In this document: positions 18,635 through 28,223 of the stretch, in pieces | How the letters are laid out: every line of letters begins with the position of its first letter | Position numbering within the stretch: the first letter of the stretch is position 1 | DNA from: Candidatus Levybacteria bacterium RIFCSPHIGHO2_02_FULL_40_18 | Lineage (GTDB): Bacteria; Patescibacteriota; Microgenomatia; Levybacterales; GWA1-39-11 | Direction of reading: 5' to 3' | Length of the DNA stretch: 64,000 nucleotides | Assembly: GCA_001782235.1 (NCBI GenBank) | Contig: MFOC01000004.1 | Location: forward strand, 115,328-179,327 | Notes under the pieces: model-generated | Told to the model about the DNA's origin: nothing | The model's input: only the letters and a program-made list of their open reading frames with translations | Databases searched by the model: none | Program-made: the position numbers and the translations under genes

Positions 18635-19927
18635 ATGAAAAGCATTTTTGATAAACTTTCCGAGAATCAAATCCTGAGCCTTCTTCTTGATACATCTTAT
18701 TTACCGTTTGCTCTCTCGGTCTTTTTTTCTCAGATTGCTTTCAATATGTTAACGATTGTCCTGATTTTTTTTGTTTTCTACCTTACTTCTTCAAATTTCT
18801 CAGTCTCAATTCTTCTTTTCTGCATTTTAATTCCTCAAATATTTTTAAGTTTCATAGGAGGGATTGTGGCAGATATGTCAAACAAAAAAAAGATAATGGT
18901 TCTGGCAAATCTTGCGCGGGCAGGAGTTCTTCTAATTCTATTTTTCAATCTTAAATCGGTATTGATAATTTATATCGTCGCATTAGTGATCTCGATTATA
19001 TCGCAGTTTTATGTTCCCGCTGAATCGCCTCTTATTCCATCACTTGTTCCGAAAGAAAAGCTGGTGCCCGCAAATTCCATATTTGGGATGGGACTTTTCG
19101 GGTCTATATTAATAGGGTATGTTTTGGCAGGTCCTGCAATAAACACAATTGGACGCTCAAGCGTGTTCATCCTTCTTTCCTTTATATTTTTACTCGCCGC
19201 TATATTTGCTTTTTTAATTCCGAATTCAAAAATCAAACAAGTTTCAGATAGGGTTCGGGCTGGCAGTCTTAAAAAGTCAATTGGTGAGGAATTAAAAGAA
19301 AGCTCTTCAATCCTTATTAAATTCCGGGACGTAGGGGATGCATTTTTCCTTCTTATATTCTCGCAAATGATAATTTTTATTATTGCTACGCTTATTCCGG
19401 GATACGCCAAAACAATTCTTGAGGTTCCGGCAGAAGATCTATCAATAATCTTATTCGCGCCCGCAGCTGCAGGAATGTTATTATCAGCTCTTCTTATTGG
19501 GAGTTTTTTTGCAAAATCGAACAAAAAAAATCTTATCAACTTTGGGATTTTGCTTTCAGGCATGGTTCTGTTATTGCTTCCTCTCACTTCAAGAATAATC
19601 GGCCGAGACATAGTGCAGTTTTTTAATTTACTTCTACCAAGACTAGTTGAATTAAACATTTTTAATTTTGTGCTTGTATTAGCATTTTTTGCCGGTTTTG
19701 CAAATGCTCTAATTTTTATCCCAAGTCAGGCTTTGATCCAAGGAAACGTTCCGCAAGATTTCAGGTCAAAAATTTACGGACTACTGTTTGCGCTAATAGG
19801 AGTTTTTTCATTAGTTCCTATATTAATAGCAGGAGGAGTTGCGGATCTTCTTGGCGTAGGAGCGGTGCTCGCAATAATTGGGGTAACAATACTGTTCATA
19901 GGCCTGTTTAGGATCAGAGAGGGATAA
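18635..19927 (+). CDS. MFS-type transporter (12 predicted TM helices)
   Basis: Hydrophobicity pattern with two six-helix halves and a central loop. GGIVADMSNKKK-like MFS loop motif. Confidence 0.5.
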   Translation: MKSIFDKLSENQILSLLLDTSYLPFALSVFFSQIAFNMLTIVLIFFVFYLTSSNFSVSILLFCILIPQIFLSFIGGIVADMSNKKKIMVLANLARAGVLLILFFNLKSVLIIYIVALVISIISQFYVPAESPLIPSLVPKEKLVPANSIFGMGLFGSILIGYVLAGPAINTIGRSSVFILLSFIFLLAAIFAFLIPNSKIKQVSDRVRAGSLKKSIGEELKESSSILIKFRDVGDAFFLLIFSQMIIFIIATLIPGYAKTILEVPAEDLSIILFAPAAAGMLLSALLIGSFFAKSNKKNLINFGILLSGMVLLLLPLTSRIIGRDIVQFFNLLLPRLVELNIFNFVLVLAFFAGFANALIFIPSQALIQGNVPQDFRSKIYGLLFALIGVFSLVPILIAGGVADLLGVGAVLAIIGVTILFIGLFRIREG

Positions 19928-20590
19928 ATGGAGCTTGCGTTTCTTATACCAGTTCTTACAGTTTGTTTTTTTCTTCTTTATATTTTATGCCGTCAGGATT
20001 TTGTGCTTCTTCGCCAAAATATATCCTTGTCGCAAATTTTAGACATGGCAATCATAACCATTATTTTCGCATTCGTAGCAGGACGGTTATTGTTTTTATT
20101 AAACAATTTGGAAGCTACCTTATTACATGCGATTCGTTTTTTTTATTTTATAAAGTTCCCGGGAGTAAGCCCCCTGGGTTTTTTCCTCGGCGGAGCGTTT
20201 TCCCTCTGGTTTCTCATGAGGGGGAAAAAGGGAATTTTGCGGATTTCTGATATATTTTCCATTTCCTTTCTCCCTCTTTACCTTCTAAGTCTTCTTTTAA
20301 AAAGTTATCCCGGTGCTACCTCTTTTATTTTTCAGATTGCGGCCGTTTTTTTATCTTTAGCGCTTTTCGCCTTTGTTATAAGATCTCATTATAAGTACAT
20401 TTTGCGAGACGGAAGCATTTCCTTAATACTTTTATTTGTGATATCCATAGATACATTGCTTTATGATTACCTTAATCCGGAAAAATACATTATTTTATTT
20501 GATCTTTCCATAAACCAGCTGTTGAGTATTATTCTTGTTTCATCAAGCGTTATTTTTCTGGTTTTAAATCAGAGAAAGCTGAAGATATAA
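19928..20590 (+). CDS. hypothetical polytopic membrane protein
   Basis: Several TM helices. Weak resemblance to the Lgt N-terminus, but the GNF signature is absent. Confidence 0.4.
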   Translation: MELAFLIPVLTVCFFLLYILCRQDFVLLRQNISLSQILDMAIITIIFAFVAGRLLFLLNNLEATLLHAIRFFYFIKFPGVSPLGFFLGGAFSLWFLMRGKKGILRISDIFSISFLPLYLLSLLLKSYPGATSFIFQIAAVFLSLALFAFVIRSHYKYILRDGSISLILLFVISIDTLLYDYLNPEKYIILFDLSINQLLSIILVSSSVIFLVLNQRKLKI

Positions 20591-20594
20591 GTCT

Positions 20595-21371
20595 ATGTTA
20601 ACACCCGATGTTTTGTTCGAGGATTCCGATATTTTAGTAATTGAAAAGCCGGCCGGATTTATTGTCAATCGAGCAGACACCACAGTTAATCAACCAACAG
20701 TGCAAGAATGGGCAGAAGAAATATTAAATATTAAATATAAAAGAGCAAATAGGAAGGAGGGTTCGGAATTCGTAAAGAGGGGTGGAGTAGTGCATCGGTT
20801 GGATAAGGAGACGTCGGGGATTTTAATTATCGCGAAAAATGAGGAGAGTTTTGAGAATTTACAACGACAATTCAAAGAGAGTAGAGTGAAAAAAACTTAC
20901 ATTGCGCTTTGTCACGGAGAGATAAAACCTCCAGAAGGGGAAGTAAAAATACCGATTGGTCGCCTGCCATGGAATAGGATGAGGTTTGGAGTATTGCCGC
21001 AGGGCAGAGAAGCCAGAAGTAAGTACAAAGTATTAAGTATTAAGTATTTACCCCGCACCGATGCGGTGCGGGGTTTAGTATCGAATGGAGAGCGTGAACC
21101 TCTTTCGCTGGTCGAAGTTTATCCTGAGACCGGCCGCACGCATCAAATTAGGGTTCACATGCAATACATAGGACATCCGGTATTCGCAGACGAACTATAC
21201 GCCGGCAGAAAAGTTTCGAAACGTGATAGAAAACTTCTCCCGCGCCACTTCCTACACGCCAGCAAAATCTCTTTCATACATCCAAAAACAGGGCGGAGTA
21301 TGGAATTCGAATCAACGCTTCCGCCCGACCTCGAGAACTTTCTTTCCTCATTAAAAACAGTACAACAGTAG
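20595..21371 (+). CDS. rluA: RluA-family 23S rRNA/tRNA pseudouridine synthase (carries an in-frame palindromic insert)
   Basis: Catalytic motif VHRLDKETSGILIIAKN and downstream TGRTHQIRVH. The insert region is SKYKVLSIKYLPRTDAVRGLVS. Confidence 0.8.
   Translation: MLTPDVLFEDSDILVIEKPAGFIVNRADTTVNQPTVQEWAEEILNIKYKRANRKEGSEFVKRGGVVHRLDKETSGILIIAKNEESFENLQRQFKESRVKKTYIALCHGEIKPPEGEVKIPIGRLPWNRMRFGVLPQGREARSKYKVLSIKYLPRTDAVRGLVSNGEREPLSLVEVYPETGRTHQIRVHMQYIGHPVFADELYAGRKVSKRDRKLLPRHFLHASKISFIHPKTGRSMEFESTLPPDLENFLSSLKTVQQ
21046..21078 (+). repeat. in-frame palindromic insertion element in rluA (CCCCGCACCG atg CGGTGCGGGG) flanked by ATTTA / TTTAG
   Basis: Perfect 10-bp inverted arms, read directly, preceded by an (AAGTATT)x3 tandem. 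The arms are related to the CCAGCACCAT/ATGGTGCTGG elements in the pilin genes and recG. Confidence 0.55.
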
Positions 21372-21493
21372 AACTGTAAAAGAGTGAAACAGTATTCGGT
21401 AGGACAGTAATCTTACCGATTTACTGATTACTGATTTACAGCTTTACTGCTTCACCGCTTTACTGATATTGATACTTTTGGTACCCTTAATAT

Positions 21494-23191
21494 ATGCCGG
21501 GAGTTTTTTTAAGTGAAATTATTCTTATTACTGTTGCCGCGTTTATTGGCGGATTTCTGGCAAGAACAATAAAATTTCCTCCGGTTCTAGGCTACATAGC
21601 AAGCGGTATTGTCTTTGGTATTATCGGGAAAAATATTTTTCAAAGCTATGAGTCCTTAGTCGCTCTGTCTGAAATTGGTATTTCCCTTTTTCTGTTCACC
21701 TTGGGTTTTGAAATATCACTAGACAAGCTTAAAGCTATCAACAGAAAAATTTTCTTAATAGGAATAGCCCAAATACTACTTATTGCAGCTTTCCTCTTGC
21801 CCATATTTTTCATATTTAATCTGGATTTAAAGGTTTCAATTTTATTCTCAATTCTCGCGTCTTTCTCATCAACTGCGGTAGTTGTCAAAATTCTTGAAGA
21901 GAAAGGTTTGCTCAATGATTTCCCGGGCAATAACGTCTTTATTCTTCTTCTGATCCAAGATCTTTTTGTGGTGCCTGTCATTTTTCTCCTTCCGGTGATA
22001 TTCTCAGATGCTGGAATCTCAGGCATGTCAATCGTGGCCTTTATAATCTCTGCAGTAAAAACTATGGGGATATTTATAGGGCTTCTTATCGCTAGCCGGT
22101 TTTTACTCTCAAGATTTCTTAATTTTTTGTTTAGATATCCATCAGGCGAACTGACAATTCTTGCGACCATTTTTACTGCCGCTACAGCAATATATCTTTT
22201 TTCAAGCGTAGGACTGCCTCAAACAATTGCCGCATTTTTAGCCGGTGTTTTGATTTCGGAGCAGGGGAAAAATTTAGCGCCCTTAACAGAGCTACGCCCG
22301 TTTCGCGATCTTTTCTTAGTTCTATTTTTCGTTCTAACAGGAATGCTTTTAAATTTTGGATTCTTCATAGATAACTTTTTCCTAATTGTGGCTATACTTG
22401 CGGTAATAATCATTATAAAATTCATGATAATTTATACAAGTCTCCGCGTGTCTCGCTTCTCGCCAACTTCAAGCGTTTTCATATCTTCTCACTTGGCAAA
22501 TATCGGGGAATTTAGCGTTGTAATAGCCCAAATTGCATTTGTTTCAGGATTTCTGGCTACGAAAGACTATAATCTTATACTTTCATTCTTTATATTATCC
22601 TTAATCTCAATTCCTGTTTGGACTAATTACGCAAGGGGCATTGCGGAGAAAATCGCAAGAACAGGAATACTAGCTAGAATACTTCCCAACGAAGATCTTG
22701 AACCAGTATCGCCATATAAGTTTTCAAATCACGTTGTCATCTGCGGACACGGCAGAGTAGGGCGCGAAGTAAGAGCTCTTCTTGATCTTTCCAATATTCC
22801 TTACGTAGTTGTTGACTTTAACAGGAAGGTAATAAATGATCTTTTGACGGCAGGAAAATATGCAATCTACGGAGATCCAACCGATAGAGAAATTCTTGAA
22901 GCAACATTTATAAAAGATGCGCGTGTTCTTGTAATCGCGGTTCCGGACGGGTTCTCTCAAAAACAAATAGTCAATACTGCGTTAAAGTTCAATCCTTCGA
23001 TCATAATTGTTTGCCGTACCCATGTTGAAGATGACAGATATGACCTAATAAACATGGGCGTAAATACAATTGTTGTGCCAGAGCTTGAAGCGGGTCTTCG
23101 AATCGGCCATGAGGTTCTTTCTCTTTTCAACATTCAAGGAGAGGACATAGACGCACATATTAGAAGACTTCGAAGAACCAGCCTTCTCTAA
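21494..23191 (+). CDS. Kef-type (CPA2) monovalent cation:proton antiporter with C-terminal TrkA-N/RCK domain
   Basis: About 12 TM helices, then the Rossmann motif VVICGHGRVGREV. Confidence 0.8.
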   Translation: MPGVFLSEIILITVAAFIGGFLARTIKFPPVLGYIASGIVFGIIGKNIFQSYESLVALSEIGISLFLFTLGFEISLDKLKAINRKIFLIGIAQILLIAAFLLPIFFIFNLDLKVSILFSILASFSSTAVVVKILEEKGLLNDFPGNNVFILLLIQDLFVVPVIFLLPVIFSDAGISGMSIVAFIISAVKTMGIFIGLLIASRFLLSRFLNFLFRYPSGELTILATIFTAATAIYLFSSVGLPQTIAAFLAGVLISEQGKNLAPLTELRPFRDLFLVLFFVLTGMLLNFGFFIDNFFLIVAILAVIIIIKFMIIYTSLRVSRFSPTSSVFISSHLANIGEFSVVIAQIAFVSGFLATKDYNLILSFFILSLISIPVWTNYARGIAEKIARTGILARILPNEDLEPVSPYKFSNHVVICGHGRVGREVRALLDLSNIPYVVVDFNRKVINDLLTAGKYAIYGDPTDREILEATFIKDARVLVIAVPDGFSQKQIVNTALKFNPSIIIVCRTHVEDDRYDLINMGVNTIVVPELEAGLRIGHEVLSLFNIQGEDIDAHIRRLRRTSLL

Positions 23192-23195
23192 ATTC

Positions 23196-24023
23196 ATGAA
23201 GAAAAAATTCGACAATACCTCATATATAAAATTATTTATTCTGATAGTGCTTTTTACTGCTTTTGTATCCATCTCGTATAAGGCGTTTCTTCTTGTTAAG
23301 AATAGGTCATTTAGAGCAAGCACTTTTAATATTATGCTTGTAGGGCGCGATGTTCACATAGTAGGTTTCAACATTCCAAAAAAACAAATCCATGTTTTAG
23401 AATTTTCTCGCGCCCGCGATTTATTTTCAAGGAAGAAGACGCTCTCGGCGAGTCTTGCTTCCGGCGTGCCTCTGGACGGCATGATTATTTCAATACAAGT
23501 GGCAAACATTATAGACTCAAAAAATGACATTCCAACGTTTGCTCAAACCTTATCATTCCTTTTAGAAGATGAAAAATATGTATTTTATGGCGTAAACAAG
23601 TTTGACTTAATTAAACTTTATATTGTTTCAGAGTTGACGTCATGGGAGGATAAAAGCTTTGATATTATTCAAAATCTCACCCAGGATTTTTCCGAGGACC
23701 AAGTTCTTGCTTCAAAAATTGGAGAAAAGTTTCGTGATTCTGAAATCTTTAATGAAAAGACTTCCATTGAGATTGTTAATTCAACTGAGATCGACGGACT
23801 AGGGGGAAGATTGGGATTTATACTTTCAAATATTGGTGCAAATGTGATATCCATTAAAGATGGAGAAGAATCTGAAACCAAAATCGAAGCAAAAAAATAT
23901 GATATTAAAATCCTTAGGCGTATAGAAAGGCTAGTTGAATTAAAAGCTCAAAAAGAAGATAATACGGGTATCGCTGACGTGACTATAAATTTAGGAAAAG
24001 ATCTTCAACAAATAGTTAAATAG
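23196..24023 (+). CDS. membrane-anchored protein, possibly LytR-CpsA-Psr (LCP) family
   Basis: N-terminal TM helix. C-terminal segment VNSTEIDGLGGRLGFILSNIGANVISI resembles the LytR_C pattern. Weak call. Confidence 0.35.
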   Translation: MKKKFDNTSYIKLFILIVLFTAFVSISYKAFLLVKNRSFRASTFNIMLVGRDVHIVGFNIPKKQIHVLEFSRARDLFSRKKTLSASLASGVPLDGMIISIQVANIIDSKNDIPTFAQTLSFLLEDEKYVFYGVNKFDLIKLYIVSELTSWEDKSFDIIQNLTQDFSEDQVLASKIGEKFRDSEIFNEKTSIEIVNSTEIDGLGGRLGFILSNIGANVISIKDGEESETKIEAKKYDIKILRRIERLVELKAQKEDNTGIADVTINLGKDLQQIVK

Positions 24024-24095
24024 TCGAAATAGTTGAATTGTTGAATGGTTTTAAAACTATGTAGCCATGTAGCCATTTTAGCCATTGAACATTTT
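24012..24095. repeat. dispersed AT-rich intergenic repeat, family A, inverted copy (tagccatgtagccattttagccat)
   Basis: Reverse complement of ggctaaaatggctacatggcta, matching the element at 4341-4425. Confidence 0.5.
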
Positions 24096-24244
24096 TATGA
24101 TTTGGATTTTTATCATCATTCTATTTGCTATCTCGTTTATCTGGGCGCTTTTCAGCGTTCTCAGAGAAAAGGAATCGCCAAAACAAATTCTTAAGGCAAA
24201 GAATGAACTTACAAGGAACAAAATATTGTTCAAAAAATGAGTTC

Positions 24245-24916
24245 TTATTCTCGAGAACTATGAGGTACCGGTTGTAAAATTGGCGTATGGATAAATGAAG
24301 GCTGATCGCGGAACCTTGACATTTTTTTAGTTTCTCTAATAAAAACAGTAACATTCTTATCCCCGACACTTTTAATACACGCAGAGTACTCATTGCCGCC
24401 ATTAATAAAGGTAATCATCCTCATGCCGATATTGTCCGGAAGCATCCCAATGTACGTCTTATCAGGCATTTGAGCAAAAACTTTGGATCTTTTAACGGCA
24501 AGAGACACCGCATCCCCGGGTTGAAGTATTGATATGGTTTTCTTATCCGCAATATTCTTAAGTTCCACGGTTTTGGTCTTCCCAGCTTCCTCAATAAAAA
24601 CATCTTGAATAGATAATCCTGATGAATTCTGCGAGTTTCCGCCTTTCTTTTTTGATTTTGAGAGAGAGTCAAGCCTTTTTAGATTTTTAAGAGCAATGGG
24701 ATTTGTTTTGTCGATATTAAGAACCTTTTGATAAAAGGTTTTTGCTTTTCGAAAACGGCCAAGTTTTATTAGTGCGTGAGCAATTCTATTCAATGAATCT
24801 ATGTCGCCAGGGTTTTCATCAAGTAATTTCAGATTCTCTTTGTATGCTTTTTCCCAATTGTTTGATAACGCATATTTTACGGCCAAATCTTTTGATGGGG
24901 AAGGAATAACGTCCAT
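24245..24916 (-). CDS. TPR-repeat protein with uncharacterised C-terminal domain
   Basis: N-terminal TPR-like helices (AVKYALSNNWEKAYKENLKLLDENPGDIDSLNRIAHALIKLGRFRKAKTFYQKVL). The C-terminal roughly 110 aa is unknown. Confidence 0.5.
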   Translation of the reverse strand: MDVIPSPSKDLAVKYALSNNWEKAYKENLKLLDENPGDIDSLNRIAHALIKLGRFRKAKTFYQKVLNIDKTNPIALKNLKRLDSLSKSKKKGGNSQNSSGLSIQDVFIEEAGKTKTVELKNIADKKTISILQPGDAVSLAVKRSKVFAQMPDKTYIGMLPDNIGMRMITFINGGNEYSACIKSVGDKNVTVFIRETKKMSRFRDQPSFIHTPILQPVPHSSRE

Positions 24917-25004
24917 TTATTGCCTTAAGAATGGCAATAATCTTAAACAAATTTATTGGAAAAGTCAAGGCGGAAGAAGTATAATTGGGGGTTAGATCAA
25001 AATT

Positions 25005-25724
25005 ATGAGCGGACATTCAAAATGGTCAACAATTAAAAGACAAAAAGGAGCGTCCGATATAAAACGCGGTAATCTTTTCACAAAACTTTCAAACGCAATT
25101 ACAGTTGCAGTGAGGCAGGGTGGAGGAGTGACGGATCCTGAAAGCAATTTTAAGCTTCGTTTGGTTGTGGATCGCGCGCGTTCTGCCAATATGCCAAAAG
25201 ATAATATTGAGAGAGCCATTGAACGTGCTCACGGCGGAACAGAAGGAGCGGTCGAAGAGCTTATATATGAAGGATTTGGACCGGGGGGAATAGCAGTGAT
25301 GGTTGAGGCAATTACCGATAATAAACAGAGGACAGCTTCAGAGATCAAAAATGTTTTTGAGAAAAATGGAGGATCTCTTGCTAATCCCGGTTCGGTTTCA
25401 TACCTCTTTAAGAAAAAGGGCATAGTTGTGGTTTCAAAGAATGGAGCGTCCTCGGACGAACTTTTATCAAAAGGAATAGAAGCCGGAGTAGAGGATATGG
25501 AGGAGGAGTTCGAGCGAGTAATTTACTACATTGACCCGCAAAATTTTTCCCAGGCAAAAACAACACTAGAAGGGGAGGGACTCGCGGTTCTCAGCGCTGA
25601 GATTATTTATGAGCCAACAGCATTTGCTGATCAAAATCAAGAAACTCAGGTCCAAATTCTTAAACTGATTGAAAAACTTGAGGAGCTTTCGGATGTTCAA
25701 AAGGTTTACACTAATCTGGCCTAG
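25005..25724 (+). CDS. yebC: YebC/PmpR-family transcriptional regulator
   Basis: MSGHSKWSTIKRQKGASDIKRGNLFTKL... is the canonical YebC N-terminus. Confidence 0.85.
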   Translation: MSGHSKWSTIKRQKGASDIKRGNLFTKLSNAITVAVRQGGGVTDPESNFKLRLVVDRARSANMPKDNIERAIERAHGGTEGAVEELIYEGFGPGGIAVMVEAITDNKQRTASEIKNVFEKNGGSLANPGSVSYLFKKKGIVVVSKNGASSDELLSKGIEAGVEDMEEEFERVIYYIDPQNFSQAKTTLEGEGLAVLSAEIIYEPTAFADQNQETQVQILKLIEKLEELSDVQKVYTNLA

Positions 25725-25739
25725 CGCTAGCGCTAGGCC
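25718..25739. terminator. 22-bp perfect palindrome GGCCTAGCGCTAGCGCTAGGCC overlapping the yebC stop codon
   Basis: Read directly. No U-tract follows. The TAGCGCTAGCG word recurs at 28152-28166. Confidence 0.3.
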
Positions 25740-25754
25740 ATCCTGACCTCGCAC

Positions 25755-26576
25755 TTGATGCGGGGGAAGGATCTCTTTATGCGAAGTTTAATCCCATCTC
25801 TTAACCTTTCTAAAAGACAAAAATTCGTTCTGACAGTTTTGTTCATGTCTATTGGTATTTTTATTTCGACTTATCTTTCGGGAATAAATCTTATTATTAC
25901 GTCTATCTTTTTAAGCTTTCTGGGAATTATTTTACTTTATTTTACGTTACGTTCTGATATTAGTGGAACATTTTATTACCCAATATTAATCCTACCTTTT
26001 TTCTTTACGATCTCTTTCTCACTTTTTTATCCTCTTATACCGGCAAGATTATTAACCCGAATTATAGTCGTTTTGTTATATGCTTTTGGACTCTATTCAC
26101 TCTTCCTTACTCAGAACATTTTTGCCGTTTCTGCAATTAGAACCATAACTTTATTGCGAAGCGCAAGAATTGTCTCTTTTGTCCTGACTATTGTTGTATT
26201 ATTTTTACTTACAAATATTATCTTTTCCCTTAGGCTTTCATTCTTTATCACTCCAATTGTTATATCAATACTTACGTTTCTTTTGAATTTTCAGTCTTTG
26301 TGGGTATACAGTTTGTCAAGAGAATTCATTCGCGAATCCTTCATATCGTCTCTCTTAGTATCCCTTGCGCTAGGTCAATTAGCTTTTGTTTTAAATCTCT
26401 GGCCCGTAACGGCCGCAATATATTCAATTTTTATAACCGGCATATTTTATGCTTATTCGGGCCTTACACACGCATGGATAGAGAAGAGGCTGTTCAAAGG
26501 AATACTTTGGGAGTATGTTTGGGTAGGATTCCTAGCAATTCTCATCTTGGTTTTCTTTTCCAATTGGGGTTTCTAA
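25755..26576 (+). CDS. hypothetical polytopic membrane protein
   Basis: Hydrophobic throughout. No motif recognised. Confidence 0.45.
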   Translation: MMRGKDLFMRSLIPSLNLSKRQKFVLTVLFMSIGIFISTYLSGINLIITSIFLSFLGIILLYFTLRSDISGTFYYPILILPFFFTISFSLFYPLIPARLLTRIIVVLLYAFGLYSLFLTQNIFAVSAIRTITLLRSARIVSFVLTIVVLFLLTNIIFSLRLSFFITPIVISILTFLLNFQSLWVYSLSREFIRESFISSLLVSLALGQLAFVLNLWPVTAAIYSIFITGIFYAYSGLTHAWIEKRLFKGILWEYVWVGFLAILILVFFSNWGF

Positions 26577-27576
26577 TAGGGAAGAGTATCACGAGTACCA
26601 CGTGTATCACGAGTATCAAAAGCTTTTTTATTAAATCGATAAGACTTGGTCGTTACAGATTCCCCCGTGACACCACCTTTGATACTTTTGATACCCTTGA
26701 TACCTTTTAGCTAAGTGGAGTAGTGGAGGCTAAAAATAGCAGTTTGAGTTGATTTAGCAATCTAAATTGGTGATAGGGTTTGATACAGTTTAGTATCCTA
26801 TAATTTTGTGGATAAGTTTTTGCGATCGCAAATTCCAAGCGTTAAGAAGGGATCTCTTCCACTCGTTTCACAGCCTTGAGCCAGCCTCGATACTGTACTC
26901 CTTGCGCAGGGCAGACTTTTCACGGTTCGGCTCCCGCAGGCGGGGGCCGCGCTCATTGCAAGCACAGAGAGATGCTTGTACTGAGGGCCAAAGGGCCTAA
27001 ATGAAAAAAAGTCGAAAGGCCCTTTGGTGAGATTCTCTCTCTTGGAAGCGATCTAAAAATGTTTTACGAACTCTTGTTTTTTGAGGCTAGAAATGAACGT
27101 TTGGACCGAAATTACAGTCTAAATTAAAAACATTCTAAGCAGTCGTCCTGAGAGAGCGATAGGCAAATACGACACAGCGTTTAAGCCATAAGAATAATAA
27201 TGCATTTGGTCCCCATACACAATGATACCCACGTTCCTATAATGCACCTATACTCCACGCGTAAGAGAGAGTACGAATACAGCTTATGTCGTACAATAAT
27301 ACTTTTACGACATGGACGAGTAACCTGAGAGCGAGGCTAAACTTTCCCAATTTAGCCTTAAATCCGAAACAAATTCGTTACTTTACCGTTGCGCTTGTCG
27401 AAGGGTTTCTCTATTTTCCTCCCCAAAGAAAATTTATTGCCTCTACCCTACTATAGGCCATTTATGATTTATTATTTACTATTTATTATTTTTACAAAAT
27501 TGTTTCAGCCAAAAGCGGATGGGTCGTTGGCCCGACTTGAGAAGTACAACTAATGGAAAAGAGCTTATGGGCAACA
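26577..27576. other. roughly 1-kb region with no ORF of 60 codons or more; contains multiple perfect 8-10-bp hairpins and copies of intergenic repeats
   Basis: Stems CCAAAGGGCC/GGCCCTTTGG, ATGTCGTA/TACGACAT and AGGCTAAA/TTTAGCCT. Inverted gtatcac/gtatcaaaag ... ctttgatac word repeats at 26590-26700. GC-rich patch 26890-26965. Confidence 0.4.
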
Positions 27577-27834
27577 TCAGTATGTGGTAGAAGTTCTTCG
27601 CTCAATTGCTGTGACTATTACCTTTTTTGTTTCAATGTAGTAGAAGATTCGATAGTCTCCAACTCGTAGGCGATAGCCATCTGTGAGTTTTTTTATGTGC
27701 TTTCCATCCGCGATATGCGGTCTAGTTGTTAGATGTTTTAAAATAGCCTGTTGAACTTTGTTTTGAATTTGTTTGGGGAATTTTCTTAAACTCTTAACTG
27801 CCGATTTTTTGACGAAAACCTTAAACTTTTCCAC
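27577..27834 (-). CDS. relE: type II toxin, RelE/ParE family
   Basis: 85 aa. C-terminal LTDGYRLRVGDYRIFYYIETKKVIVTAIERR is the RelE/ParE fold signature. Overlaps the upstream antitoxin gene. Confidence 0.7.
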   Translation of the reverse strand: MEKFKVFVKKSAVKSLRKFPKQIQNKVQQAILKHLTTRPHIADGKHIKKLTDGYRLRVGDYRIFYYIETKKVIVTAIERRTSTTY

Positions 27835-28123
27835 TTAGCAAGTCTTTTAATGGATAAGAAAGCTCCTTAGCCGTTTGTTTCTTGGATTTTGTCATTATCA
27901 ATTCTTCCCAAAGTGCCTCGTTTTCATCCATAATCGATTGAAAACGATCTGGGGAAATGACTACCGAGAGTTGATCATTATTTTTAACCACTAAAACTAC
28001 TTCGTTTTTGTTACGGACTTGCTCAAAGACTCGTTTAGCGTCGCGTCTTATATCTGTAATGCTTTTTAAAATAGGAAGTTGCATAGTAAGATTATTATAC
28101 AAATTTATATACAAATTTGTCAA
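27821..28123 (-). CDS. type II antitoxin, Phd/YefM family
   Basis: MQLPILKSITDIRRDAKRVFEQVRNKNEVVLVVKNNDQLSVVISPDRFQSIMDENEALWEEL. The likely true start is the internal Met near 28084. Overlaps the toxin start. Confidence 0.65.
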   Translation of the reverse strand: MTNLYINLYNNLTMQLPILKSITDIRRDAKRVFEQVRNKNEVVLVVKNNDQLSVVISPDRFQSIMDENEALWEELIMTKSKKQTAKELSYPLKDLLSGKV

Positions 28124-28129
28124 CTACTA

Positions 28130-28215
28130 ATTTCCACCTCGGAGGGGCGGACTGTAGCGCTAGCGAAGGAGCCCGCCTGCAAAGCGATAAGCTTTGACAG
28201 GGATGGAGGATTCGT
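28130..28215. repeat. GC-rich intergenic repeat related to the element between pilT and pilC, inverted orientation
   Basis: Reverse complement gives cctgtc...cgctttgcaggcgggctccttcgct...cagtccgcc, aligning with 41352-41440 (gcaggcgRgctccttcgct core). Confidence 0.5.
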
Positions 28216-28223
28216 AGCTGCAC

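Noticed and set aside
19009-19659. 216-aa minus-strand ORF antisense to the MFS transporter gene
   Set aside because: It is fully embedded antisense in a well-supported membrane-protein gene, its composition is low-complexity, and it has no motifs.
19928-20590. Prolipoprotein diacylglyceryl transferase (Lgt)
   Set aside because: The N-terminal helices resemble Lgt, but the protein is only 220 aa and lacks the GRxGNFxNxE signature. Kept as a hypothetical membrane protein.
21646-22170. 174-aa minus-strand ORF antisense to the Kef-type antiporter gene
   Set aside because: It is an antisense shadow ORF inside a confidently called gene.
26577-27576. RNase P RNA or tmRNA in the ORF-free kilobase
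   Set aside because: I looked for the P4 and CR-I to CR-V consensus (AGGAAAGUCCGGGC, ACAGAACCCGGCUUA) and for a tmRNA tRNA-like 3' end and tag reading frame. Only loose resemblances such as AAAGTCGAAAGGCCC and ACAGCGTTTAAGCC turned up. This is not enough to call; it is left as a candidate for covariance-model search.
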